From: Euprymna scolopes
Lineage: Eukaryota
Assembly (NCBI GenBank): GCA_053919585.1
Contig: CM132807.1
Strand: one strand, 5' to 3'
DNA: 64,000 bases
The position numbers and the translations under genes are program-made. Below the pieces are notes generated by a model. The model was not told where the DNA came from and made no database searches. It worked only from the letters and a program-made list of their open reading frames with translations. Below are positions 24,724 through 38,271 of this stretch, piece after piece; position 1 is the stretch's first letter; each line of letters opens with the position of its first letter.

Positions 24724-25199
24724 CTCTCTTCTTTGTTATATGTACATTTTTACCCCCTAATAAACTTATGTGCGGGTGAATGTGCATTGTTTATTCGTGA
24801 TTATTCCACTAATAAAATATGCCGGGGGGTTTTACACGTATTGTATCTATCAATGAAAGCTTCACTACATCACGTAGCAACTAAATCGCTAAATCCATCT
24901 TATTTTCAGCGACATTCTTAAAAGTCGTGACTTGCATCACATTCGATTACCACATTAACGCGATTTTTATACTTGCTCTGAGCGTAGCACAGAAATAAAG
25001 CAAACCGATCTTAACATGTTAGAAAATGCTATATTTTTATTTCTGATGCGAGATTTGTTGAATGTGACAGACTCGTTAACATATTTAAAATTAATTAAAA
25101 TCATTGCATTAATTAGTAGAAAATCAATCTCATTTTAGAACCCCGTATAAAAATTTATAAACAGCATACTTCGTAAATACGCCTCTTTATAAATAACAC

Positions 25200-28100
25200 T
25201 AAAATTACTTAATAAAACATGTTCCGTGTCCTTCAAGCGGAAAGCAGGTTTGAGGCGCATTTTTTTAACTTGGCAATAAATAAGATAATGCTGAAGGTTG
25301 AGTCACACGCATGACAGAACATCGCGGGAAGAATTACGCGATTCATGCTAATTCTTTGTCATTTTATTTCGGATATCTCTGAATTCATATCTGAAATACT
25401 GAGCTCGGCATATGTGTGTTACTAGAAAATTCGATAATCAAGATCGTCAACATATTAGAGGAAACTTATTTCTTATTGTTAAAAGAATCCTGAAGGTATA
25501 GGATCCCAGGAAAAATATTAGTACTTTTTATACTTTCACAGCAGAATCTCGGTCAGGTACAATCATTGTAAATAATTCTAGTTTCCTCCTATGTTTACTG
25601 GGACTAAATGTAAAATTATTCTCTTTCTCAGAGGTACAATCCAGTGGAAGATAATGTTGGTATTAATGTGAAATGTTATCAATTTCTTGTTGAGCAGCAA
25701 TTACTGATAACCAAACTCTCAGTAGTTTGATGCAGTATTAATTATCCGCGACGTGTTGTCTATTTTTCTATTTAAAAAACAAATTCAGTCTTATCCTCGA
25801 GTGGCATTCTATCGTGATAAGCAGCGACGTATAAGCACACAAAGAACGATGGCTACATCCGGGTAAAGGTGGTTTATGGAAATCGTTTTTGCCTTTAAAC
25901 ACTACAAAATCGTTTTCGATATCTGGTGAACTTCTATCCTTACCCGTATCTGTAGTATCTTTCAAACAGATTAGACGTTGCAAATCATTGTCATTCGTTG
26001 TTATTTCACTTAATACGTGACTGATTTTACTCAATTTAATTTTTCTCTTTGATTTTCTGGTCTACGCATTAACATAGATGTGCTTCATTGTGAGATACAA
26101 CATGATTGTCTCCGACTCAAATATCAATGAATATTCTGGATATACAGTGTTTATATTTAAGCGAATGTTGTTTCCCCCATTAATCATTTTATTTTTTCTA
26201 TATAAAGCTTGGGCATTCAAATTGAAATCTAGTCATGCAATTGTTCTGTATCCTCGAATGACTTTAAAATATGATACTACGGGACTGTATGTACTTCACA
26301 ATAACTTTGACATAGCGGTTCCCGCCAGATCGGCTAAGTTAAGCAACATTGATCCAGATGGGTGACCATTTGGGAAGGCAAGGTGCTGTATGTACCGTGA
26401 GGTAAAATACCTAGTTGAGAAACTGGCGCGGTCTATCCTCCTGTCGAGTGTGGCTGGGACTCATTAATCCGTGGTAGGCACCCCATCTAGTACTGTCGTC
26501 ACAATAAAATGCCCTTGATAGCCCTGGCAAAATATCAAGTATTCAGCTACCGACAATATTTGAAGTACGCTACAAGCTCGTGCAGTGAATTAAATCTCGG
26601 CTGCTGTCGCGCTTGATTGATAAACGAAAAATCGAAATGTTAATAAATACAAAATTAAAATATAATTCTTATATGACAATATTTTTTATCGCCTAATACA
26701 AAAATTATAAATTTAATAGTTTATTTGTTGTTGTATATGTTACAGACAAGACAATGTCTACAGGTAGACACAAAACATATATTGAAAAAAAATAAACTGG
26801 AGTTTAAGATAAAAAGAGTTTATTGAACAGATAAAAAATGAAAGAAAAGGGTGTAAAAAGGTAACCATGTTTTTGTTTTACTGGCTTTTTATCGCGATGT
26901 AACAGCCGCGTTGAAGATGTAATATTCTACTTTGCTCAGTGCTTTGTGAAAATGTTTGTTTCCGAAAATTCTTTACGATCGGATTTTCTCCTAAGAAATT
27001 GGCCGATGTCAAACATGGTGAAAAGATCGCCCCAACTTAGTGTTCCTTCTCAGAGCTGATTTGATAATGAAGTTATAATCCTATTAGCGTCTATTCATAC
27101 TCATCGGAATTTGAAACCTTCTGGAATTTTCAAAATGAACACTTCGACCTTTTAACCTTGTAGATCTCTTAGAAATTTACACTTTTCGGTTATATTTTCA
27201 GTTCTTTCTTGAAACGCTTAACATATTATTTTATTTTCTAATTGAATTTTCATGTATTTTAATAGTAAAAGTTTTATAATATTATATATTTTATAATATA
27301 AAAAAATATTATATAATATATTTTATTATAATATATTATAATATATTATAATATAATTTTCATAATAGCAGAACCCGGAGAAATTCCACGATTGTTGACA
27401 ATTTTTAAAACACACATCAGTAATAAAGTCTTATTACATAACCAAAAAATTACTGTGAGGTAGGACAATGTACCATAAAGGTCTTTACTCTATCACGAAT
27501 CTATGGGTCTTCAGATCCAGGAATTTCTGCTGAAAAACGTGTACCAACTTTTTTAGCTATTGTAAGCTGATCGTGGTCACGCAGTATTATAATCACGTAG
27601 CAGTGTAGTAGCTTCTTCTTTAAAATTCAATAACATAAAGATATGCAAATAGAATTCTAAGTACATCTCTCTCTTTAATATCTTTGAAAAGTCCAGCTAG
27701 ATGTGCACGATTATTTCATCCTGATCAAGTTATTAGTTTTGTATAAAGATAGTAGAATAACTGATACCCAACGATCACCTTCTTCATTCCTAGCCAAATG
27801 ATCTGATTAATCAAGAATATGGGCCAGCTTTTAGTTGATTTTGATCGATGTTAAGTAAGCTCAATCAGCAATTGTCAACTGTTACATGTGCAATGGCCTT
27901 TTCTCTATATTTAGCATTTTATTCAATCAAGATTTGGAATTTCACGATGGATACAGATAGTCTGAATTTACTGGGGAGTGTTTTTCTGTAATTAGTAGGA
28001 TTGCAGCAATGTATGTCTATACAGCAGTGGCTGTTAAACTACTGTTGGAGGTGAAGTAATCATATAACATGTTGAATAAATGCGTTTTTCCTAGTCGATC

Positions 28101-28970
28101 CGTAGCATCTAAATAGAAGAGATTCTGTTGTATGGCTTCTTTTTTAATCGTCATGGCAGTCTTGGTGATATTAAAAATCTCTAAATGTTCATTGCTTAGC
28201 ATTTCAACATTAGGGCTGTTCGTATCTTGAGTCATATTATCTGTTGGAGTGTCACCTGTTGGGCCAAACAAACCACTTCCCTAGCAAGAGAAACCATGTT
28301 CAATAAATATACCTTTTATGAAATGAAGTGCAATGTGTTCACATATACTTTTATCATAAGCAGAAATGAAGTCTTGAATCATGCTCTGTTGACATCTAAT
28401 TCAAAGGCAACCACTGGATGATGATAAATGCACAACATTGCAAACATGCTACGTAGTTGTTTTGGCATTCTAAATTTAGTAGATTTAGTGAAAACATTAT
28501 CTAATTCAGAATCATCTTGGAATAGTCTACGGCTGATGCAAGCTTCACTAAATATAGGGAATGTATGCCCTTCAGCTGTTCTCAAATATTCAAATGATTT
28601 CGCTCCAGAGACATGAAAGCACAGAATCCGTAAGTGAAACTTGTCACCTTGGTTTTGTGACACTGAATACATTGTTTGAAATCAAATTACTTGACCATTA
28701 TCTTAAGAATTCACTGTGTAGTTGTTTTATTAAATACATAACAGATACGGAATACCACAGTAAAAATATTGGTTAGCAATAATATAATTCTGATTGAGTT
28801 CAAACCAGGCAGTCAACTTTATATGACCTTAGGATTTTTGAATGGCTTTTCAGGTTGCCCATGTTGATAGTAAACCTGTTGCTCTCCAGACATTTTTACA
28901 GCTTAACGGTACACAACATGAGACTGTCTATGCATTTACTATAAAGCAAGACGCCACACTACTGTTGGAA

Positions 28971-29016
<46 letters not shown>

Positions 29017-29210
29017 GGATATATACTGCATGACTGCATCTCTTTAGTCTGACCACATTACTTCTCTTAGCTCAGTATTAATAAATAAATCGTCACAATA
29101 CTTTAGTGTCTTTTATAAACATATTTAAGAAGTAGTTTATTCTTTTTGACAGAAGAGCAAACTTCTACGTTTCTAGGAACTCGATATTTTCTCAGGAGAA
29201 ATTTACGGAT
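25200..29210 (-). mobile_element. Helitron Rep/helicase remnants (fragmented and interrupted)
   Basis: LLRKYRVPRNVEVCSSVKKNKLLLKYVYKRH (Rep motif 3, about 29103-29210); QGDKFHLRILCFHVSGAKSFEYLRT...MPKQLRSMFA (28379-28672); decayed Walker A FYLDATDRLGKTHLFN (28017-28271); YVIEF and SAEIP...FMVHCP (Rep motif 2 region, about 27450-27650). The 25200-26050 portion is only weakly assignable. Confidence 0.85.
26290..26620 (+). mobile_element. 5S-rRNA-derived head plus non-5S body (SINE3-like), or a 5S pseudogene
   Basis: cggttcccgccagatcggctaagttaagcaaca...gatgggtgaccatttgggaaggcaaggtgctgta (about 26316-26390) aligns with invertebrate 5S rRNA (A box AAGTTAAGC, C box GATGGGTGACC) with an internal deletion; a GC-rich body follows. 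Confidence 0.7.
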
Positions 29211-29214
29211 TGTA

Positions 29215-30362
29215 ACTAAATCACAATTATTTCTACTTTTTAAGCAAATCAACAGTCTTCGACAAAGTATTGCATAAGGGCTTACTTCACAAGATTTCCA
29301 ACTACGGTATAACTGGAAATGTTTTCTCAATCATTACATCGTTTCTCTCTTATAGGCTCATAAGAGTATTGGTTTATGGTTAGAAATCAGAGGCCCATAG
29401 TATTAAGGTTAGAGTCACTCAGGGGTCCATTCTGGGTCCAAATCTCTTCTAGATCTACGTCAACAATCTCTGAAAACACATAAATCATTCGTTGACATCT
29501 ATGCTGATGAGACAACTATCTATGGCAACATAACAACGGCCGTAAATGACAAAGTTCTCTTTGATTCTCTCTCCTCTGATCTTGAGCGCGTGGTACGCTG
29601 GGGGAAGAGATGGCTGGTTACTTTTAATGCATATAAAACCAAGCTCCTATCCTTACATCATCAACGCTCTGATCCCCGTGTGGCATCAATTGAAATCGTT
29701 TAAGGGAAGGCCCATGTTTTGATAATCTTCTGGGCTCGACCTTTACTCCTGACCTGAAATGGAACGCGTATATTAAGTCAGTTTCCAAGGTCGCTGGAAA
29801 AATGGTAGTATCCTTCTACCGCTCCAGTAGATATCTCATTACTGATGCAATTCTCTATGTATATAAAAGCCAAGTACGCCCAAGAATGGAGTACTTCCAG
29901 CACATCTTGGCAGGAGCTGCTATCATGCCTTGACACATAACAAAATAGGCTTCGTTGTGAAGTGGGGGATGCCATTTCCTCCAATGAGCTTTACTCTTTG
30001 GTCCCCTCGCCAATCATTCACGATAAACATATGTCAAGCTGAAACCACTGTCAACAATTTTCCACACTCCTTATATGTGCCAAAACCAAAACGTAGATTC
30101 CATGAACAAAACTTCTTTCTAAGAAAGGGACGCCTGTGGAACTCTGCTCCGTTTTCCTGTTTCCCACCTGAGTACAACCCGCATGTCTTCAAGTCCAACA
30201 TAAACAAATTCCTGATGAACCGCCCCCTTAAGTAAGACACTTAATTAAATATCCAATACTAACAATTACTACGATACTATCCCATTGTTTACTGTACACG
30301 CATTAATCCTTATCCCCGAGTTGCTTCCGGCCTTGATAAGGTTTGACTACCTTGTAAAAAAA
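29215..30362 (+). mobile_element. 5'-truncated CR1-like LINE (RT C-terminal half, 3' UTR, A-rich tail) abutting the Helitron remnant
   Basis: HKGLLHKISNYGITGN, QGSILGP, DIYADET, NFFLRKGRLWNSAP..CFPPEYN..FKSNINK; ends ttgtaaaaaaa; highly similar to 44600-45300. Confidence 0.9.
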
Positions 30363-30601
30363 GCTGGCAATTTAACATGAAAGTGTTTGCTATAAAATNN
30401 NNNNNNNNNNNNNNNNNNNNNNNNNNNNNNNNNNNNNNNNNNNNNNNNNNNNNNNNNNNNNNNNNNNNNNNNNNNNNNNNNNNNNNNNNNNNNNNNNNNN
30501 NNNNNNNNNNNNNNNNNNNNNNNNNNNNNNNNNNNNNNNNNNNNNNNNNNNNNNNNNNNNNNNNAATTATACTTTTAAACAGACTGCATGTTGCTTAGAT
30601 T

Positions 30602-30658
<57 letters not shown>

Positions 30659-31145
30659 GTATAAAATTAGTTTAATATTGTAAGCAGATAAAAGAATATA
30701 AATAATGAAAACAAAATGTTTTAATAGCGAAATGATGAAGTTGTTAGAAGCAGCAAGAAAAAGATTTTCTTCTTAAAAGAAAGAAGTATGATATTTGACG
30801 TGAAAAAATTGGCCGATTCTCCTTTTCATTTTGTTCGAATGCACACATAACGAATGGCACAACGTCTGCTTGAATAAAAAGATAATTCAACATCCAGTAT
30901 GTTCTCTATTGACTTTTTGAATCACACATAATATTACAACAAAATGTCTGAAGAAGATAAAGTGGAGGAGTAACAACTCCAGAAAAAACAGAAAATTGAT
31001 AATCTTAATGATTTTTTCTGCAAACATTACCGAATTACATTTAAAAATGCAAAAGAGTTGCTATCAATTGCCCAATTTTATTATTTGATTATTATTGTAT
31101 TACTTATTTTGAAATATAGAATGATATGCTTATATGTATATGTAC

Positions 31146-31189
<44 letters not shown>

Positions 31190-31259
31190 GTGCATTTATA
31201 TATATATATATATATATATATACATAAGTATTTACTATGACATTGCTCAATATGTAAGA

Positions 31260-32150
31260 GAGGCTCAGTAGTAAATTTGGAAAATGTTAAAAGCCAAACT
31301 CAGCAGACAATTTGTAAATATAATCGGAAAAATCTTCTTCGTAACAAACATCTTGCTCAAAATCTTTGAATAAACAAGCAAATACTCTCTTGCGTGAAAT
31401 CCGATAAAACGATTTTAAAGCGCATAATAATAAAATATTAATTGAAAGCAGCAAAGAAAAGTAATAAAATTAATTTTAAAAAAGTCATTAATCTAACAAC
31501 GAAAATAACACAGCTGGCATGAATTTCATTATCAAAAATAGTAATAAGCAAAATCCCAATAGAAAAAAACACGCTAAAAGATGAGCAAAAAATCTGTAAC
31601 TGTAGAATGCAGCCACTTTCCAGCTACAATATAAATATCAGAGCTTGGCCTTTTGGCCAAGATCAAAGTGTAGTATGTGTTCTTCAGATGCTGCACTTCC
31701 ATTTCTTGTTCTCTTTAGGTGGAGGAGCAGTCCTTTACAACTGAGACAATTTTTATTTTTGTACCTTTTCTCCACGTTAAAAACCGACCCTGGTGTCTAG
31801 CTCTGTCCCGTGGGGAGGTATTGTAAATAGGTACAATATAAATGCCGCACACTTAAACATCGTCTACTTGATGCCAAGATTTATGCAAACGAAACCCGAA
31901 TAACAAAACCTTTCCACGTAGGAATCGACCGCTTAGATTTTGAAAGCAGCTATTACGACCACAGAAAATATATTAAAACGAATAAACGTCGAATAAAAAC
32001 AGGCTTAGCGAACACCTACTTTAAGTTCAAGGAAAATAAGCGCTCACAGATCGTCGAAGAGTATAACTTGTAGCAAGGCAGAACATGTAAAAGCTTAGAG
32101 GACCTGCGTGTTTCTATTAGTTTCTTGAAAAATGAGCTATCTTAAATTTT
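31260..32150 (+). mobile_element. Penelope-like element C-terminal/GIY-YIG remnant interrupted by a U2-like insertion
   Basis: NIIGKI, CNCR before the insertion; HVGI...FESSYYDHRK and TGLANTYFKFKE after it, matching the PLE GIY-YIG motif order. Confidence 0.5.
31637..31831 (+). ncRNA. U2 snRNA-headed retroposed sequence (divergent U2 copy or U2-derived SINE) with a 12-bp TSD
   Basis: ATCAGAGCTTGGCCTTTTGGCCAAGATCAAAGTGTAGTATGTGTTCTT matches the U2 5' end including the branch-site recognition sequence GTAGTA; Sm-like AATTTTT at 31748; flanked by TACAATATAAAT at 31625-31636 and 31832-31843. Confidence 0.8.
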
Positions 32151-32662
32151 AAAGAACCTCCAAATTTAGAAAACTGCTATAATGCAAAAAACATCGTATA
32201 TATACCTATAATGCATTTTATTTTAAGGATAACAGCAAACATATATAAATAATGTGAACAACAGTAACTAAAATGATAATGATAATCATAATAATAACTA
32301 ATTAATAAACATATAAAAAAAGAGCAATAAGAAATGTAAGAAAAACTCAAGATTAATGTGTATAATTCCTAAGAAAAAAGAGAAACACATCCCGCCAAAA
32401 TATACAACTAAAGAGCTCGATCAGAGGTCAATTAAATATTTATACGTAACAGTTTGCCCACTGACTGCAATGAATGTGTGTATAAGTAACTAAGAATCTG
32501 TTTGTCTAACTAGTAAACTTAGTACCACGTAAATATTTAAAAGACGACAAAATATAAATCCTACGCAATAATTTACACATCCTCAGGAAAATAAACGCGG
32601 AATCTTGTGTGGTTGTATTGCCATATCTATTTTTAAACGCACTATACACACACGCGCGCGCA

Positions 32663-32708
<46 letters not shown>

Positions 32709-32751
32709 GTTTAAAATAACGTGAAAAGTTAGGTCCTTTCAACCTACGCAG

Positions 32752-32819
<68 letters not shown>

Positions 32820-32978
32820 AAAAATACAATTAAATTTACCAAAATGATCCAAGATGGTAAAATGAAAGTATATTATAAATATTAAAGAATTAATATTTAT
32901 AAAATTATCTCAGCCAGATGTAAACCAAATAGAAATTATCTCAGCTCCATTAAACCAAATAGGAAATAGAGTTTATAA

Positions 32979-33098
32979 TACGAGCAAACAGTTAATAAAT
33001 CATGTTAAAAACACTTTGAAATGAGTTTCCACCTCAGATTAAATATGTTTTAACTCATTTCAAAGTGCTTTTTAACATGTTTTATTAACTGTTTGCTC

Positions 33099-33101
<3 letters not shown>
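32979..33101. repeat. Inverted repeat with about 49-bp arms and a 24-bp spacer, abutting (TA)n
   Basis: tacgagcaaacagttaataaatcatgttaaaaacactttgaaatgagtt versus the reverse complement of 33052-33101: 1 mismatch and 1 indel. Confidence 0.9.
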
Positions 33102-33170
<69 letters not shown>

Positions 33171-34665
33171 CTTCATTGGTTGAAAAGACCCAACTTTTCC
33201 CGTTTTATCATGCTGGAATTGTAAAAGTCTATAGCACTGAATATATCTAATGTCTATAATAAGCTCTAGCAAAAATGTCTTCTCTAGGAAATATATTACT
33301 ACGATATTTCCCAGCAAATATAGTTAGACCTATTAAAAATAGAAAAGAGTCTGGCTTCTTTCGATAATTGTACATCAATGCTGATGTACTGCTTGGGATA
33401 ATCCTTGGATATTTTTAAAACATTTTATAAATGTGCTCCGCGAAGAAATAATGTCAGATGAGGATATATATTTGATGGATGCACTGTGTTCTACTTCCGA
33501 CACAGTGGTAAAACAAATGTACAAATGTGTAAGTCAATGGCTAAATTTTTAGAAAATGACTTCAAGCGAAACTTTCTTTCTTTTAGTAATAATAAAACAC
33601 CTACCTAACCAGAGATTGTCATGAATAGCACCTCATACGATGCTCCAAAATTAGAATCTTCTGCCGAGTGATCACAGTTTATATACCGTGGGTGCAATAA
33701 GTATCACCTGTAAATAAGAGAACATATATAGAAACTACTATAAATTATATTCTTGTATCCAGTGGAAATAAAACGTCTGTGTGACAGTTGGCAATAAGGC
33801 CAAATGTAAAGAAATCAGATTTGTGCAGCTTTTACGGGGTTGGGAGCGAGCTGGATTTTCCTACATTTAAAAATAAACTTATTCTCAATCTGGCCTTTGT
33901 GAAGAAGTAAATAATAGAGCAGTTGTGTCGCTTCATTGTTTCATTATATCAAACGCCAGCATCGCATTAGTGGACGTTTGCTTTTAAAACCAGTTACAGT
34001 GTAAAATCTACGGAGAGTTACAGAGGTCTATCAGATCAATTAAAGGTTAAAACTATCAGCTTTTGGGTTCGATATACATCAGCTTCTGAATTCAGTATTT
34101 TTATCCCTCTCTTTTATCAGGATAGATATTCTGCTTATTCATTTCTCCAGAAAACGTGTGCATCTCATTTTCTCACTTTTCTCCCTTTCTTCCTCTCCAC
34201 TCTTGTGTACAAGGAAATAAATCAAAATAATTGAGGCAATTAGGGTTGATAAATAACTCTTGCTGTCTTACTATAAGTTGCCACTGACAAAGAAGAGGTT
34301 CGTGTTCAAGCATCTACATATAATATTGTACGTAAAGTAGCCCAATCGAGATTAAGCACGTGTCTTCGTCTTGTTATTTGATCACTGTAAGTCATTTTAA
34401 TGCTACAAAAAATGTGTGTTTTTTCTGGGGGGTTTAAGATACGTTAAATGAAAAACATGACATGATGTATAAACTTCTGTAAACGAGAATTATTACAGAA
34501 AATATATTTTTTAAATCATTGTACAAAATTATGTTTACAGTAATCAAAAATTTACAACATCAAATAATCACATTTTTTCGTAGACTATTAACGAATATCT
34601 ACACACTTTTGGGGAAAAAATGTACTGGAATCGGGCAAAGCTCCAGTTTTAATTCTGTTCGGCGC

Positions 34666-34743
34666 TTAATTTCAGCTTAAAAGTTTAATCTCAGCTTAAA
34701 AGGTAAATGTCAGCTTAAAAGGTAAATTTCAGCTTAAAAGGTA
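34666..34743. repeat. 19-bp minisatellite, 4 copies
   Basis: tcagcttaaaag at 34672, 34691, 34710 and 34729. Confidence 0.9.
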
Positions 34744-35779
34744 TGTATGGGACCACTTCATAAAATTGTTAAGGTTATTTAAAAATATCTGTCTTTGGAG
34801 ATGTTTGTTCGAGCAAGGTTCATATATGTAAGTTGGAATGTCTACTTATTTAAAAGAAATTCATGTTGAAAATTGTTTCTAATCTAAAACACCTTCGGTC
34901 AGTGTAAATTATTTTTTGTTTTAAAGTGTTTATAATAACTCTGCTAGTAGTTCATATTTAAATCCGAGTAATACATTATAAAGTTAATATGGAAAACACC
35001 GAGGAAAATGTAGTTGCTGGAAACAAGTAAGATAATTATAATATGCATAATACGATAATTATAATATACATCATATAAAGTAATAGGTTAATAAAACTCG
35101 TTCGCAGTGGTAGAGATGGCGATACTTCTTACTAGTATTGCCATCATGTTGCATTTCAAGAACAAAGATAGATGCACAGGATAATAAGTAAATGTCATGA
35201 TGGTTCCAAACCCAAAACCTCCTATTATAATATATTTTTCGGTTTCCTTTGAGATGAGGCTTAATAAGTTGTGCAGTCATTTGTATTTTGGCGGAAGCGA
35301 ATTTTACCCTCATTTTCATAGTTGTTGTTTTCCCACGTTTTAGTCAAACACATATTTTGCAAATTGTATTTAAAAGTACAACCTTAAAAACACAGAAATA
35401 ATTTGCTCTTGAGTATATTTACCTGATATTCATGAGCTAATATATTTCAAGCGATGTGTGTTTTAAAGATATGCACGTTAAAACTTACGGGAAAACTCGC
35501 ACTGCTTTATATAAACGGTAGTAACGTTGTAGACAATGATGATGACATCAAGCTAGTGGTGATTATAATATTTCAGATATAATAGAGGGTAATTACAGTA
35601 GGGGTCATTATAATAAAGAAATTATAACAAAATGAATAAGCTATACTCTGGCTCATGTGACTAACAAAATGAAAGTGTGGCAAAAAGAAATATACGAAAG
35701 TTTAAAGGTAAAATTAATGAAATTAAATCATGGAACAAATATTTTTGACGTTCAAAATTCTTTACTAAAACGAATTATC

Positions 35780-37155
35780 AATTGTATAAAATCGGGATAC
35801 TTGTAGTGCTATGTCGAGCATGGAAAACACTCTGCTGCTTTCTTCGCTGGGCTTTCACGAAGCCAAAACTTTCTCTGCCAAACTTAGCAAGGGCGTGCAA
35901 ATATACCAATTATGAGTACATAAAGCGCAATTAGTAATTCCTCCACTATCCAACAATCAGAATGTCGCATGCAGGGAAACCGTGAAAGTGGAACTGCTTG
36001 ATTTACGATTCGCCCCCAACTCCACATTAGAGCCAACAAACAGCCCGCTCAAAAATTTTTCTATACGGACTAAAGCCAAACGATGATAAGAAAATCACCC
36101 TTCACATACCTGCTCTTATGTCTATTATACTAATTTAGAAATGTTCAGCTGAGTTAGCTCCCGTACTTTTCAAACTCTACAATAAATGCTTCACTAAATC
36201 ATGATCTTCTCATAGCGGGAAAATGGTATCTATGTGTACAATAATTCTGTTGAAAGGACCGACCCTCTCAATTAGCTTCCTATCAGTCTTCTCCCTCTGT
36301 TCGCAAACATCTTCGAACTTTTAATCAATCAAGCACTAGCCCACCACGTCAAAAAGGTTTATATTATCCATTAAAAACAATATAAACTTAGGCGGTGCCG
36401 TTGTATTGCAAATATGTAAAAAGTCAGCTCTGAACGCATTTACCATTCACTGGATAAGGCAGGCGAAGCCAGGCCGTAGCCCTGTATATATCGAACATAT
36501 TTCACAATGTCTGGTAGGAAGAATTGCTTATGAAAAGCCAACTGTACGGTATATCTGGGCATATATTAAATATAATTAGATCCTTATAATATAATTAGAG
36601 CTAAGTATAATTAGATCGTCTAGGTTTTCACAGATGGGCGCGCATGTAAAAAGCATAGCATGAATGGGGAAGTTCCTCAGGGGTCGATATTGGACCACTA
36701 TTATTCCTGATATTTATTGACGATCTCCATGACAATATTTTGTTCGAGATTGGTATATTTTTTATTATACAACGCTAAGCAACATACATGAAGGAAGAAC
36801 AGATGTACACAAATCTAATACGATAGCTGGATCGTGAGAAAATGACAACCAGACTGTTAAGGAATAGGGTCGTAAATGAATGCTAACTTTTAATGCTGGT
36901 AAGACCAACCTGCGCTCCTTTTACAAGTTGCAGTTGGCCTCTCAGCGTACAAATCCAGAAGAAAACTTTTTACTCTAATAGTTTATTCCTTCGAACAGGT
37001 AGACATTCGAATTCCCTTCTTGCTACCCGATTTCCTAACTGCACTGATAAACAGAAGTTTAAATGTAAACCAACATCTTGTTAATCTTTCTTAAGCATGG
37101 TCCCAATAAGTTACCTATCAAGTCCAAGTAAGGGGAGAACCTGAGTAAAAAAAGA
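35780..37155 (+). mobile_element. Decayed CR1-like LINE fragment
   Basis: RFAPNSTL, PISLLPLFANIFE, VPQGSILDH, FYSNSLFLRTGRHSNSLL...QKFKC; related to 23000-24300. Confidence 0.8.
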
Positions 37156-38012
37156 CACAAATACATACGGCAAATAGCCCTAACACAACCCAATATTTTG
37201 ATACAGGTATTCAATATTTACTTACGAAACCATATCTAAGGAGCGATATCCATTCTAAAAGAGAAAAGATATGGATTCCATGTCGTAATTCTATTAATAA
37301 TTAAAATAAATGTATAAGGTAATTTAAAATGGTGAATAATTTTAATGAATATCAATAAAAAGTTAAACCGTCTATGGATGTTTAAGTGAGTATTAAATCT
37401 GTTGTAATCGCAAATGCAACAATTAATCAGAACTCTAGCATATATGGCGATTCGTCAATAAAACACCTAGAATCATTTGTTCCAACAAAATATATTATAA
37501 AAAGGAATTTCGGAATACGTAAGTTTTGGGATTTATGAAAATTAAAACGAATTCCTTAGAAATGTATTTAAAATCTCGATAGAACGTGTAAATATTTAAA
37601 CGATTAACACTATTAAAGATTCTATTCCCGTAGGAGATAACCGAAAATATCTACTTATTCTGAACATTTGGTTAAAATCTATTGCATGTTATAATATGAA
37701 AACTATGGTTGGCTTTACTTTAAGCAGATTATGCTAAAATATAAGTGAACTGCCTGGACTTAACGAAATCAAGAAATGTAATAACCATAATATAATTAAA
37801 CCAAAATCAATTCTGCAACTCATGTAGCTAATACATTTAAAATGAGAAAGAAATTAAGACGTTAAAATATTAGCACAAATCAACATGAGCTTTTACAGAA
37901 ATTAAATTTCCTGCTTAAAGAAAAATCATTTTAGATACAAGTAATATGTTCATAATGTCTTGACTTTTCCGGTTTTTCTATTTGACTTTCCAATGTATAC
38001 ATATATATCTAT

Positions 38013-38077
<65 letters not shown>

Positions 38078-38220
38078 GCGCGTGTGTGTAAGCGAGTGAA
38101 TGTATACTAGGAACTATTTGCGTTGGATCAAGAATTGGATTAGAGGTAGTGTTTCTGAAGAGGAAATAATATAAATATACAATACAGATTAAGATAAAAA
38201 ATTGTTCTCTGCTCTTAATA

Positions 38221-38271
<51 letters not shown>

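Noticed and set aside
34666-34743. CRISPR-like repeat array
   Set aside because: The 19-bp units are contiguous without unique spacers, in a eukaryotic context with no cas genes.
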